NCBI GenBank assembly: GCA_030426945.1
Contig: JAUHXL010000002.1
Location: 1-52,812, forward strand
Length of the DNA: 52,812 nt
Source of the DNA: a bacterium
GTDB lineage: Bacteria > Myxococcota_A > Bradymonadia > UBA7976 > UBA1532
Reading direction: 5' to 3'
How positions within the stretch are numbered: position 1 is the stretch's first letter; every line of letters begins with the position of its first letter. The notes under the pieces are model-generated. The model was not told the origin of the DNA. It worked only from the letters and a program-made list of their open reading frames with translations, and searched no databases. Position numbers and translations under genes: made by a program. This document shows positions 25,936 through 33,656 of the stretch, piece by piece.

Positions 25936-27026
25936 CGCGTGGCGTCCGCCGCCGCGCGCGCGGCCTGCTCGAGCGTGTCAGTGGCGATGAAGGCCAGCAC
26001 CTTGGCCTTGTACTGCCAGCCATCGGGGCCCTGCGTGCTCTCGACCTTCCAGTCCTCGTCCTTGACGAAGCGCGCCACGCCCTGCGAGGCCCGCTGCAGC
26101 GTGCTCTTCTCGTCCAACCTCGCCGTCAGCGCGGCCAGATCGCCGGCCAGCGTCTCGTTGCGGCTGGCCGACTGCTGGATGGCCTCGCCCAGATAGCGGA
26201 TGACCTGCCGCCGCGCCTCGAGCAGCGCCAGGTCGCGCGCCAGGCGCTCGCTGGTGACCCACTCCGACACGCCGACGAAGTACTGGCCGTGCCCCACCTT
26301 GGGCACCTTGCCGCTGGCCCAGTCCGCGGCCGCCGCGCCGGGATTGCGCTCGATACCCCCACCCCCAGGGCTCAGCTTGAACGCGAAGAACACCGGCTGC
26401 TTGAACTCCACCGCCTGCCGCCACGCCAGCCCGTCGCGGTACTCCACCCCGGCCATCTCGGCGGCCTTCAGATCGGCCTCCGTGGCCCGCATGTCGGCGT
26501 AGTACAGCTTGCCCGTGCCCCCGAGGAACTCGCCGACGATGCGCCCGCTGCAGTTGCCGTCGGCCTGCCGGCAGCAGGCGTCGTAGCCCGCGGGATCGGC
26601 GAGATCGGCGATCCACTTGTCGGTCAGCGTGTATTGCACGCGCACCACGCGGCCGTTCTGGTGCGAGATGCCCGCCTTGATGGGCACGTCCTCGGCCGGC
26701 AGGCTCATGCCGGCCGACGCCGCCTCGCTGGCGCGGAAGTACTCGTCGTAGGTGACCCCGCCGCCCTTCACCTTGCGCACCGTGAAGAACTGGCTGCACG
26801 CCGTGCGCTGCGCGTTGGCGTCGTCGATGTCGCCGTCGGCCACGGCGTCGGGCACGAAGCGCCCCAGGTACACCGATGGATCCGTGTCGAAGCCCGTACG
26901 CAGGAAGAAGTTGGCCTTGGGCCGCACCATGGTCGGCTGCAGCGTCGGCCCCGAGGGCCCGCCACCGCAGGCGAGCATCGGCAAGGTCAGCGCGGCCAGC
27001 GCCAGCGCGCGGAGAGTCAGCGACAT
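25932..27026 (-). CDS. hypothetical lipoprotein (N-terminal ~200 aa unassigned; C-terminal helical region)
   Basis: ATG 27026 is preceded by GGGAGGAA and gives MSLTLRALALAALTLPMLAC (lipobox). I can name no family with confidence. The first gene of the three-gene minus-strand unit lipoprotein -> DUF4384-like -> FGE-fold. Confidence 0.65.
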   Translation of the reverse strand: MSLTLRALALAALTLPMLACGGGPSGPTLQPTMVRPKANFFLRTGFDTDPSVYLGRFVPDAVADGDIDDANAQRTACSQFFTVRKVKGGGVTYDEYFRASEAASAGMSLPAEDVPIKAGISHQNGRVVRVQYTLTDKWIADLADPAGYDACCRQADGNCSGRIVGEFLGGTGKLYYADMRATEADLKAAEMAGVEYRDGLAWRQAVEFKQPVFFAFKLSPGGGGIERNPGAAAADWASGKVPKVGHGQYFVGVSEWVTSERLARDLALLEARRQVIRYLGEAIQQSASRNETLAGDLAALTARLDEKSTLQRASQGVARFVKDEDWKVESTQGPDGWQYKAKVLAFIATDTLEQAARAAADATR

Positions 27027-27145
27027 GGGTTCCTCCCGGACAACGGCCCGGCCGGCAGACTGCCACGCCCAATGCCCATGCTCAACCCGCAGATGCCCAC
27101 CACCCCACAATCCAGGTGGACAACCCCAGCCCACCGGATCCGGGG

Positions 27146-27988
27146 CTATCCGAACAGCCCGCCGACCTCGGTGCAGGTGGCGGCGCGGCGCAGCCAGCTC
27201 GTCAGCGCGGACGGGTCAAGCGTGGCTCGGATGCGCGCGGCGACATCGCCGGGGACGGGGAGGCCGCGGGCCTCCAGCACGGCGAGGATCGACTCCGCCA
27301 ACGCCTTGGCTTCGCCCTCGGCCATGCCCTCGGCTCGGCCCTCGGCCCTACCCTCGGCGGCGCCGGCGTCGTGGCTGTTGCGAAGCGCGCCGACGAGCAC
27401 CGGGTTGCGCTTGGCCAGCAGTGCTTGCGCCACCGCGTCGTCGGCCTTGGCGGCGTCGACCAAGGCGGCGACCGGCAGCGGGGCCGCCAAGGCGCTGTCC
27501 ACGATCCGCTCGTCGGGCCCGAGGATCCGCCAGCCGTCGGTGGCGGTCGACCACTCGAGGGCCCGGCGGCGCTCGACGTCGATGGCGAAGACGCGGCGCA
27601 CGCCGCGCCCCACCAGCTTCGCGGCCTTGACGCCCGCGTCGGCGAGGCGCTCGGTGCTGCAGATCTCGAAGGCGAGCTGCTCGAGCTGGCGGCGGCCGGT
27701 CTCGGCGTCGCGCGCACGGGGGAAGACGCTGACGTCGGGCGCCATGTCGTCGAGGACGGAGGTGCGGGTCAGCATGTCGACGGCGACGTCGAAGTCGTCG
27801 TGGGCGTGGGCCTCGACGAGGGCGGCGACCTTCGAGTGCCGCGTCCCGTGGGGCTCGTCGGCGGGCGCCACGTACACCACCGTCCCGTCGAGGATTTCGA
27901 AGCGCGTCTCCGGTGCGACCAGGCGCTCGTCGACCCCGAGCGGGTCGCGGGGCTGGGGGGATGAGCCGTCGGTGCCGGAGGTCGCCAT
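27146..27988 (-). CDS. Uma2-like PD-(D/E)XK endonuclease with a helical C-terminal tail
   Basis: The core pattern is RFEILDGTVVYVAPADEPHGTRHSKV...APDVSVF...LAFEICSTERLADAGVKAAKLVGRGVRRVFAIDVE (Uma2 core). The tail EGRAEGMAEGEAKALAESILAVLEARGLPVPGDVAARIRA resembles the C-terminal tails of Rpn/PD-(D/E)XK transposase-like proteins. Confidence 0.65.
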   Translation of the reverse strand: MATSGTDGSSPQPRDPLGVDERLVAPETRFEILDGTVVYVAPADEPHGTRHSKVAALVEAHAHDDFDVAVDMLTRTSVLDDMAPDVSVFPRARDAETGRRQLEQLAFEICSTERLADAGVKAAKLVGRGVRRVFAIDVERRRALEWSTATDGWRILGPDERIVDSALAAPLPVAALVDAAKADDAVAQALLAKRNPVLVGALRNSHDAGAAEGRAEGRAEGMAEGEAKALAESILAVLEARGLPVPGDVAARIRATLDPSALTSWLRRAATCTEVGGLFG

Positions 27989-28138
27989 GGGGCGAGGATA
28001 GCGCGGCGACGGCTCGGCGCAAACCGCGCGCTGGCCCCAGCCACCCCGCCGCCCCGATGCGGCGCGGCGCCCGCGGGGTGGCGCCCCGAGCCCATCCCCT
28101 CGGTCGGCACGTCAGTAGCGCCTCCGCGCCCGACGCGC

Positions 28139-28144
28139 CATACT
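28139..28144 (+). promoter_or_regulatory. conserved CATACT (-10-like) box in the leader of the caspase-FGE gene 28173
   Basis: CATACT-N6-CGGG lies 34 nt upstream of the GTG codon (28179) that is homologous to the start codons of the 30907 and 33657 genes. The same motif and spacing occur at 30868 and 33617. Confidence 0.3.
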
Positions 28145-28172
28145 CCCCGCCGGGCATACCGTTCGAGGAGGC

Positions 28173-30458
28173 ATGGCCGTGCGCGCCGTCAGCATCGTCT
28201 TCCTGTCCATCCTGGCCTGCGCCCCGGCGGCCCACGCTGGCCCCTGGCCCGATCTGGCCGAGGCCCCCCGCTCGAAGACCCGCGAGGGCGCGCGCGACGC
28301 GGCGCTCATCGTGGCCATCGAGGACTACGCCCACGTGCCCGACGTGCGCGGCGCCCGCCGCAACGCGGCCGACTGGCGGGCCTGGCTGCGCGCCCGCGGG
28401 GTCACGGAGATCGAAGTGCTGCAGGACGCCGATGCGTGGCACCGGTTCGACGCCGACGGCCAGCCGCTCGGCATCCTCTCCCGTCTGGATCGTATGGCGG
28501 CCAAGGTGAAGCCGGGCGGCACCCTGTGGTTCGTCTTCATCGGCCACGGCGCCCCCGTGGTGGTCCGGAAGGACGACGCCACGGGCTCAAAGTCCGGCGT
28601 CGAGCCGGTGCTGTTGGCGCACGGCGTGCGCCAGACGGCCGACGGGCTGCGGGCCGACGGTATCTCGCTGGACGCTCAGATCTTGCCGCGCCTGCGCCCC
28701 AAGGCCCGCGGCGCCCGCTCGGTGGCCGTGCTGGACACCTGCTTCAGCGGCAAGGACACCGCCGGCCGCGCCGTGGTGCCGAAGCTCCAGCCCCTCATCG
28801 TCGCCGGGTCCAGCGCCGTGCCCGCGGGCGTGACCCTGCTCAGCGCGGCCAAGGGCGACCAGTTCGCTGGCCCCCTGCCCGGCCTGGGGCGTCCCGCCTT
28901 CAGCTACCTCGCGCTGGGCGCCCTGCGCGGCTGGGCCGACGACGACGGCGACGGCAACGTCACCGCGAACGAGGTGCGCCAGTACGTGGAGGACGCCCTG
29001 TACCGCGTCGTCAAGGACCGCACGCAGACCCCCGACGCCCAAGGCGAGGTGGCCGCGGCGCTGGCCCGGGTGGCCGAGGCCGCGCCCGACCTGGCCGCCA
29101 TCGCGCAGGCCCTCACCCCCACCCGCCCGGTCGCACCACGCGACGACTTCGAGGCCCGCCTCGCCGAGGCCACCGCCGGCGCCGCCGCGGTGGACACCAC
29201 CGGCATGAGCCCGCTGGACGCCGAGATGGCGCGCCTGGCCGCCCAGCAGGCCGAGCGCCAGCGCATCGAGCGCGAGGAGGCCGAGCGCAAGGCCCGCGAG
29301 GAGGCCGAGCGCCAGCGCCGCCTGGCCGAGGCCGCCGAGGCCGAGCGCCAGGCCCGCGAGCGCGCGATGGCGCTGCACACGGCCGACGTCGACGCCAAGT
29401 GGGCGAAAGTGAAGGCGGTGGCCCGCGACCCGGCGAAGGGCGTGCGCGCCGTCGAGGCCTTCGTCGGCTTCTACGCCGCCCACCCGCTGGGCAACCCGCG
29501 GCAGGCCGAGGCCGAGGCGCTGAAGACGAAGCTCGAGGCCACGCTCGAGGCCGAGGCGGCGCGCGCGCACGCCGCCGAGGTCGAGCGCGCGTGGGCGCTG
29601 ACGAAGAAGGTGGCGAAGCGCGGCGGGCCCGAGGGGAAGAAGGCGCTGGAGCTGTTCCTGAAGCAGTACGCCGACCACCCGCGGGGGAACCCGAAGTCGG
29701 ACGAGGCGCAGTCGATGCTGTGGGACCTGGGCGGCGGCGGTGGGGGGCGCGGCAAGGCGGGCATCGAGTGGGTGCGGATACCGGGGGGGAGTTTCCGGAT
29801 GGGGTCGACGAAGGGCGGCAGCGACGAGAAGCCGGTGCGGACGGTGCGGGTGGGGGACCTCGCGCTGTCGAAGACGGAGGTGACGGTGGGGCAGTACCGG
29901 GCGTGCGTGGATGCGAGGGCGTGCACGGCGCCGGACACGGGCACCTACTGCAACTGGGACAAGTCGGGCCGAGACGACCACCCCATCAACTGCGTGGACT
30001 GGGAGCAGGCGTCGGCGTTCGCGAAGTGGGCGGGGGGTCGATTGCCGAGCGAGGCGGAGTGGGAGTACGCGGCGCGCTCCGGGGGCAAGAGCCGCGAGTA
30101 CCCGTGGGGCGACCAGAAGGCAGACTGCAGCCGAGCGGTGATGGACGACGGGAGCGGGAACGGGTGCGGGAAGGGAGGCACGACGTTCCCGGTGTGCTCG
30201 AAGCCGGCAGGGAATACGGCGCAGGGGGTGTGCGACATGGCGGGGAACGTGTGGGAGTGGGTTGCGGACTGGTACGGGCCGTACGGCGAGGCGCCCAATG
30301 ACGGCAGCGCGCGCACCAGGACCGCCCAGTTCCGGGTCGGCCGGGGCGGCGGCTGGAACAACGCCGCGAGGGGCCTGCGCGCGGCGCACCGCTCCGGGCG
30401 CTCGCCCGGCGGCCGGCGCATCAACCTGGGCTTCCGCGTGGCCAGGGCGACCCCTTGA
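28173..30458 (+). CDS. exported caspase-fold / helical-repeat / FGE-sulfatase-fold fusion protein
   Basis: The signal peptide is MAVRAVSIVFLSILACAPAAHA, followed by GPWPDL. The caspase core is AALIVAIEDYAHVPDV...GTLWFVFIGHGAP...VAVLDTCFSG. A Glu/Arg coiled coil (ERQRIEREEAERKAREEAERQRR) follows, then two HP.GNP helical repeats. The FGE-fold motifs are GGSFRMGS, GRLPSEAEWEYAARSGG, GNVWEWVADWYGPYGEAP and LGFRVARA. Confidence 0.85.
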   Translation: MAVRAVSIVFLSILACAPAAHAGPWPDLAEAPRSKTREGARDAALIVAIEDYAHVPDVRGARRNAADWRAWLRARGVTEIEVLQDADAWHRFDADGQPLGILSRLDRMAAKVKPGGTLWFVFIGHGAPVVVRKDDATGSKSGVEPVLLAHGVRQTADGLRADGISLDAQILPRLRPKARGARSVAVLDTCFSGKDTAGRAVVPKLQPLIVAGSSAVPAGVTLLSAAKGDQFAGPLPGLGRPAFSYLALGALRGWADDDGDGNVTANEVRQYVEDALYRVVKDRTQTPDAQGEVAAALARVAEAAPDLAAIAQALTPTRPVAPRDDFEARLAEATAGAAAVDTTGMSPLDAEMARLAAQQAERQRIEREEAERKAREEAERQRRLAEAAEAERQARERAMALHTADVDAKWAKVKAVARDPAKGVRAVEAFVGFYAAHPLGNPRQAEAEALKTKLEATLEAEAARAHAAEVERAWALTKKVAKRGGPEGKKALELFLKQYADHPRGNPKSDEAQSMLWDLGGGGGGRGKAGIEWVRIPGGSFRMGSTKGGSDEKPVRTVRVGDLALSKTEVTVGQYRACVDARACTAPDTGTYCNWDKSGRDDHPINCVDWEQASAFAKWAGGRLPSEAEWEYAARSGGKSREYPWGDQKADCSRAVMDDGSGNGCGKGGTTFPVCSKPAGNTAQGVCDMAGNVWEWVADWYGPYGEAPNDGSARTRTAQFRVGRGGGWNNAARGLRAAHRSGRSPGGRRINLGFRVARATP

Positions 30459-30667
30459 CCCTTGTTCCCTTGCGCCCTTGACCCTTCGCCTCGAAGAACG
30501 AGCAGTGCCGAGCGCAGACGACCGAGGAGAGCGCCGCCCAGCGACGGGGGGCCCGGAAGGGCGCCCGACTCAGCGGCAGCCGAGGGCGCCCGGGAGGGCA
30601 CCCCGCCGCAGGGCGGTGAGCGAGCGAAGCGAGCGACGTTTGTCCTTTCCGCGACGCCCTTCGCGCC
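30459..30667 (+). repeat. copy A of a ~205-nt conserved non-coding element directly after a caspase-FGE stop codon
   Basis: It shares ordered blocks with the reverse complement of 39926-40128: CCCTTGACCCTTCGC, TGCCGAGCG, GGCCCGGAAGGGCGCCCGAC, CAGCG.CAGCC.AGGGCGCCCG.GAGGGCACCCC, GAGCG.AGCGAGC and CCCTTCG. It contains two GGGCGCCC palindromes. Confidence 0.6.
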
Positions 30668-30867
30668 ACGTCGCAGGCTGCAACGGCGCGCCGCCGCCCC
30701 CGCCGGACATGAACCACACGCTCGACCACGCCGCCCACCGCGTCCACGGGACACGAAAGAATGCCGGCAGGCGTGGGCGCGTGTGCGACCGGGCCTCCCC
30801 ACCGACGCGCGGCGTTGCGCCCGCAGTCGGCGCCGCCGGTCCGCTGGTGCCAGGAAGGCCGGCGCGG

Positions 30868-30873
30868 CATACT
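30868..30873 (+). promoter_or_regulatory. conserved CATACT (-10-like) box in the leader of caspase gene 30907
   Basis: GGCATACTGCGCGACGGG lies 33 nt upstream of GTG 30907, followed by a GGGAGTC Shine-Dalgarno-like block. It is alignable with 33611-33656. Confidence 0.3.
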
Positions 30874-30906
30874 GCGCGACGGGTCACCCTGTCGGGAGTC
30901 ACCGCC

Positions 30907-32502
30907 GTGCGGACGCCGATCCTGGCCGTGGGCGCGTACCTCGCGCTCGCGAGCCCACCGCTCGCCGCCCCGGCCCTGGGCAGCCCGTGGCCCGACCTGA
31001 GCCAGCCCGCACCGGCCGACGCGCGCCGCGACGAAGGCGCGCGGGACGCCGCGCTCATCGTCGCCATCGAGGACTACGCCTTCGTGCCCGACGTGCCCGG
31101 CGCGCGCCGCAACGCCGCCGACTGGCGAGCCTGGCTGCGCGCCCGCGGCGTGCCGCACGTGAAGGTGCTGCAGGACGCCGCCGCGATGCACGGTTTCGAC
31201 GGGCGCGGCCGCCCGCGCGGCATCCTGACCGCGCTCGAGCAGACGGCCACCAAGGTGGGGCCCGGTGGCACGCTGTGGTTCGTGTTCATCGGCCACGGCG
31301 CCCCCAACGGCGATCCCGCTCACCCCGACGGCCTGCTGCTGGCCCAGAGCGTCCAGCAGACCGCCGACGGCCTGCAGCTTGCCGGCATCCCCGTCCAGGC
31401 CGAGCTGCTGCCCCGCCTGCGCCCCGCCGCCAAGGGCGCCCGCGCCGTCGCCGTGCTCGACGCCTGCTTCAGCGGCAAGGTGGACGCGGATCGGCCCCTC
31501 GTCGCGGGCCTGCAGCCCGTCTTCGTCGCCAGCGTCGGCGCCGTCCCGCCCGGCGTCACGCTGCTCACCGCCGCCAAGGGTGACGAGTACGCCGGCGCCC
31601 TGCCCGGCCTGGGGCGGCCCGCGTTCAGCTACCTCGCGCTGGGCGCCCTGCAGGGCTGGGCCGACCAGGACGGCGACGGCCAGGTGAGCGGGCGCGAGGT
31701 GCGGCAGTTCGCCGAGGACGCGCTGTTCCTCGTCGTCACGGGCCGGCAGCAGACACCCGATGCGCAGGGCGATCTGGAGGGCGCGCTGGCACCCGCCCGC
31801 GCCGCCAGACCCGACCTGGCCGCGATCGCCCGGACGCTGGCGCCGCCCCTGGCGACGCCGCTGCCCGCTCGAGACGGGCCACCACTGCGTGCCCCGGCGG
31901 TGCCCTTGCCGGACCGGGACACGCCACCGCCCGCCGCCCCGCCGTCGAGCGACGCCCCCAAGATGGGCCGTGAGGAGTTCCTGGTTTGGCTCAGGACCTC
32001 GCAGGCGAAATCCGAGGCGTGGAAGCGCGCAGAGGCGCTCGGATTGGCCCGATACAACGACCGCGTGGAAGCTGAGTGGACCGAGGTCCTGGCCGCAGCC
32101 AACGATCCCGCGACGGGGCTCCGAGCCGTGTACGCCTTCCTCCGCAAGTACGCTGACAACCCGCTGGGCAACCCGCGAGAGGCCGATGCCGAGGCGCTGA
32201 AGGATCGACTCGCGGCGGCGCTGACCGGCGCGGCGCCGCCGCAACCCGAGCGGCCCAGGGCCGCCCCAGAAGGCGGGCCCGATGACACCCTCGCAAGCCG
32301 GGAGGACTGCCAGGCGATGTTCGACCGGGTGGTGGAGTTCGAGCTGGAGGGCGAGGCACCGATGGTTGCCCAGGTGGCCCGTTACACGCTGAGCAAGCAA
32401 GCGCCGCAGTTCGTCGCCGAGTGTGCCGGACAGGCCAGCCAAGCGGAGGTCGACTGTGTGCTGAAGGCGAAGGACCGGGCCGCCTACGAGGCCTGTAAGT
32501 AG
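30907..32502 (+). CDS. exported caspase-fold protein with a Pro-rich linker, an HP.GNP helical repeat and a small 4-Cys C-terminal domain (no FGE domain)
   Basis: GTG 30907 is in frame in ORF 30262..32502 and is homologous to the start of the 33657 gene. The signal region is RTPILAVGAYLALASPPLAAPALG, followed by SPWPDL. The caspase core is AALIVAIEDYAFVPDV...GTLWFVFIGHGAP...VAVLDACFSG. Confidence 0.8.
   Translation: MRTPILAVGAYLALASPPLAAPALGSPWPDLSQPAPADARRDEGARDAALIVAIEDYAFVPDVPGARRNAADWRAWLRARGVPHVKVLQDAAAMHGFDGRGRPRGILTALEQTATKVGPGGTLWFVFIGHGAPNGDPAHPDGLLLAQSVQQTADGLQLAGIPVQAELLPRLRPAAKGARAVAVLDACFSGKVDADRPLVAGLQPVFVASVGAVPPGVTLLTAAKGDEYAGALPGLGRPAFSYLALGALQGWADQDGDGQVSGREVRQFAEDALFLVVTGRQQTPDAQGDLEGALAPARAARPDLAAIARTLAPPLATPLPARDGPPLRAPAVPLPDRDTPPPAAPPSSDAPKMGREEFLVWLRTSQAKSEAWKRAEALGLARYNDRVEAEWTEVLAAANDPATGLRAVYAFLRKYADNPLGNPREADAEALKDRLAAALTGAAPPQPERPRAAPEGGPDDTLASREDCQAMFDRVVEFELEGEAPMVAQVARYTLSKQAPQFVAECAGQASQAEVDCVLKAKDRAAYEACK
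31036..31728 (+). repeat. copy 1 of a 693-nt near-identical direct repeat (caspase-domain coding)
   Basis: Hand alignment with 33771-34463 shows no indels and about 29 mismatches (roughly 96% identity). Confidence 0.85.
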
Positions 32503-32675
32503 GGCGCGGACCTTGGCTCACGGAGTTCGTCGCGTCGGGGGCGACGTCCAGGTGGGAGAAGGCGTTACGTTCTCCAACGGGACATGGGGCCTCGGGACGC
32601 GGGCCGCCGAGGACCGAGACAGGGTCGGCTTCACCCGAGGACGCGGCAGGATCGCTTCGATGGAGGTGAGTACTC

Positions 32676-33275
32676 GTGCCGAGCAAGGCGCTGGCGCGGT
32701 GGCAGACGGTGGCCCAGCGGCAACTGGACGAACTGCTCGATGCCCACCGAGCCATTGGCGGTACTGGACCGGGTCGGCGGTTGGCCACCACGCAGGTGAA
32801 CCACGCGTTCGCAGTGCTGCTGCAGTCTCAGTTTCAGCGCTATTGCCGAGACCTGCACTCCGAGGCCGTCGACCATCTCTGCGCTCGGCTGCTCGAGGAC
32901 GGCCCCGAGTGGGCGGAGGTGCTGGCGCGGAAACGCCTGACCGAACAGCGGAAGCTCGACCGGGGCAACGCAAATCCCGGCAACCTCGGCGCCGACTTCG
33001 GACAGTTCGAGATGAGCTTCTGGAACGATGTCTACCGCCAGGACGGTCGCAACCGACGACGACGGGCCAAGCTGGATGCGCTGAACGCATGGAGGAACGC
33101 CATCGCCCACCAGGACTTCTCGAGCGACAGTCTGGTTCTCGACGCAACGGGACGCCTCAGCCTCCAGAAGATGGATGTCGAGATGTGGCGCTCGGCCTGC
33201 GCCGGACTGGCGGTATCGTTCGATCGCGCTGTTGCGAAGCATCTGGCGCAGCTGCTGGGCGCCGATCCCTGGTAG
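32676..33275 (+). CDS. HEPN-like protein (Rx4H motif), putative RNase or abortive-infection-type effector
   Basis: GTG 32676 is preceded by GGAGGTG. The 199-aa product is all-helical by composition. LDALNAWRNAIAHQDF carries R-N-A-I-A-H, which is the Rx4H HEPN signature. G+C is lower than the surroundings (my spot counts give 58-68%). Confidence 0.5.
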   Translation: MPSKALARWQTVAQRQLDELLDAHRAIGGTGPGRRLATTQVNHAFAVLLQSQFQRYCRDLHSEAVDHLCARLLEDGPEWAEVLARKRLTEQRKLDRGNANPGNLGADFGQFEMSFWNDVYRQDGRNRRRRAKLDALNAWRNAIAHQDFSSDSLVLDATGRLSLQKMDVEMWRSACAGLAVSFDRAVAKHLAQLLGADPW

Positions 33276-33326
33276 TTGCACGCGCCCACCGCTATCCTCG
33301 TGACGGACTGTCGTGGAGGTTCTGGC

Positions 33327-33533
33327 GTGACCGAAGACAGGTTCAAGGTGGGTGACAAGGTGTCGTTCTACAACGGGATTCGCCGCGTTGTGGCGCGTGT
33401 CGTCGAGGATCGGGGCCGGATTGGCGTCAACGGGCGCCAGATCTTCACGATCGAAGTGGACGTCGAAGGCGACCAGCCCTCCCGATTCGAGCTGCCTGCC
33501 GAGCGGCTGTCTCGCCCGCAAGCGGCGGCCTAG
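33327..33533 (+). CDS. small hypothetical protein (68 aa), possible partner of the HEPN-like gene
   Basis: GTG 33327 is preceded by GGAGG and is in frame in ORF 33276..33533. The sequence VTEDRFKVGDKVSFYNGIRRVVARVVEDRGRIGVNGRQIFTIEVDV looks like a small beta-rich (SH3/Tudor-like) protein. I recognise no family. Confidence 0.35.
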   Translation: MTEDRFKVGDKVSFYNGIRRVVARVVEDRGRIGVNGRQIFTIEVDVEGDQPSRFELPAERLSRPQAAA

Positions 33534-33616
33534 CCGCGGCGCCCAGGCCGCACCTTCCCCACTCAGCCTCCCCACGCCGAGCCCGCGACAGGCTGGCACG
33601 GCGCGCCTGCCGGCGG

Positions 33617-33622
33617 CATACT
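33617..33622 (+). promoter_or_regulatory. conserved CATACT (-10-like) box in the leader of the caspase-FGE gene 33657
   Basis: GGCATACTGCCCATCGGG lies 34 nt upstream of GTG 33657, followed by a TGGAGTC Shine-Dalgarno-like block. Confidence 0.3.
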
Positions 33623-33656
33623 GCCCATCGGGCGTAGCCAGTCTGGAGTCGTCGCC

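Noticed and set aside
30262-30906. The upstream in-frame extension of the 30907 caspase ORF (the track gives 746 aa from 30262). Similar extensions exist for 17639..18112, 8574..9032, 2594..3436, 37199..37648 and 42217..43281.
   Set aside because: The extensions overlap the preceding genes or conserved non-coding elements, have shadow-like composition, and would bury the signal peptides. Internal starts have ribosome-binding sites, stop/start overlaps or homology with paralog starts.
33593-33612. A possible sigma-54 promoter (CTGGCACGGCGCGCCTGC) upstream of the 33657 caspase-FGE gene, and TGGTGCCAGGAAGGC upstream of 30907.
   Set aside because: The spacing between the GG and GC elements is off by two in the first case. 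The -12 element is poor in the second case. The motif is not shared by the 28173 leader.
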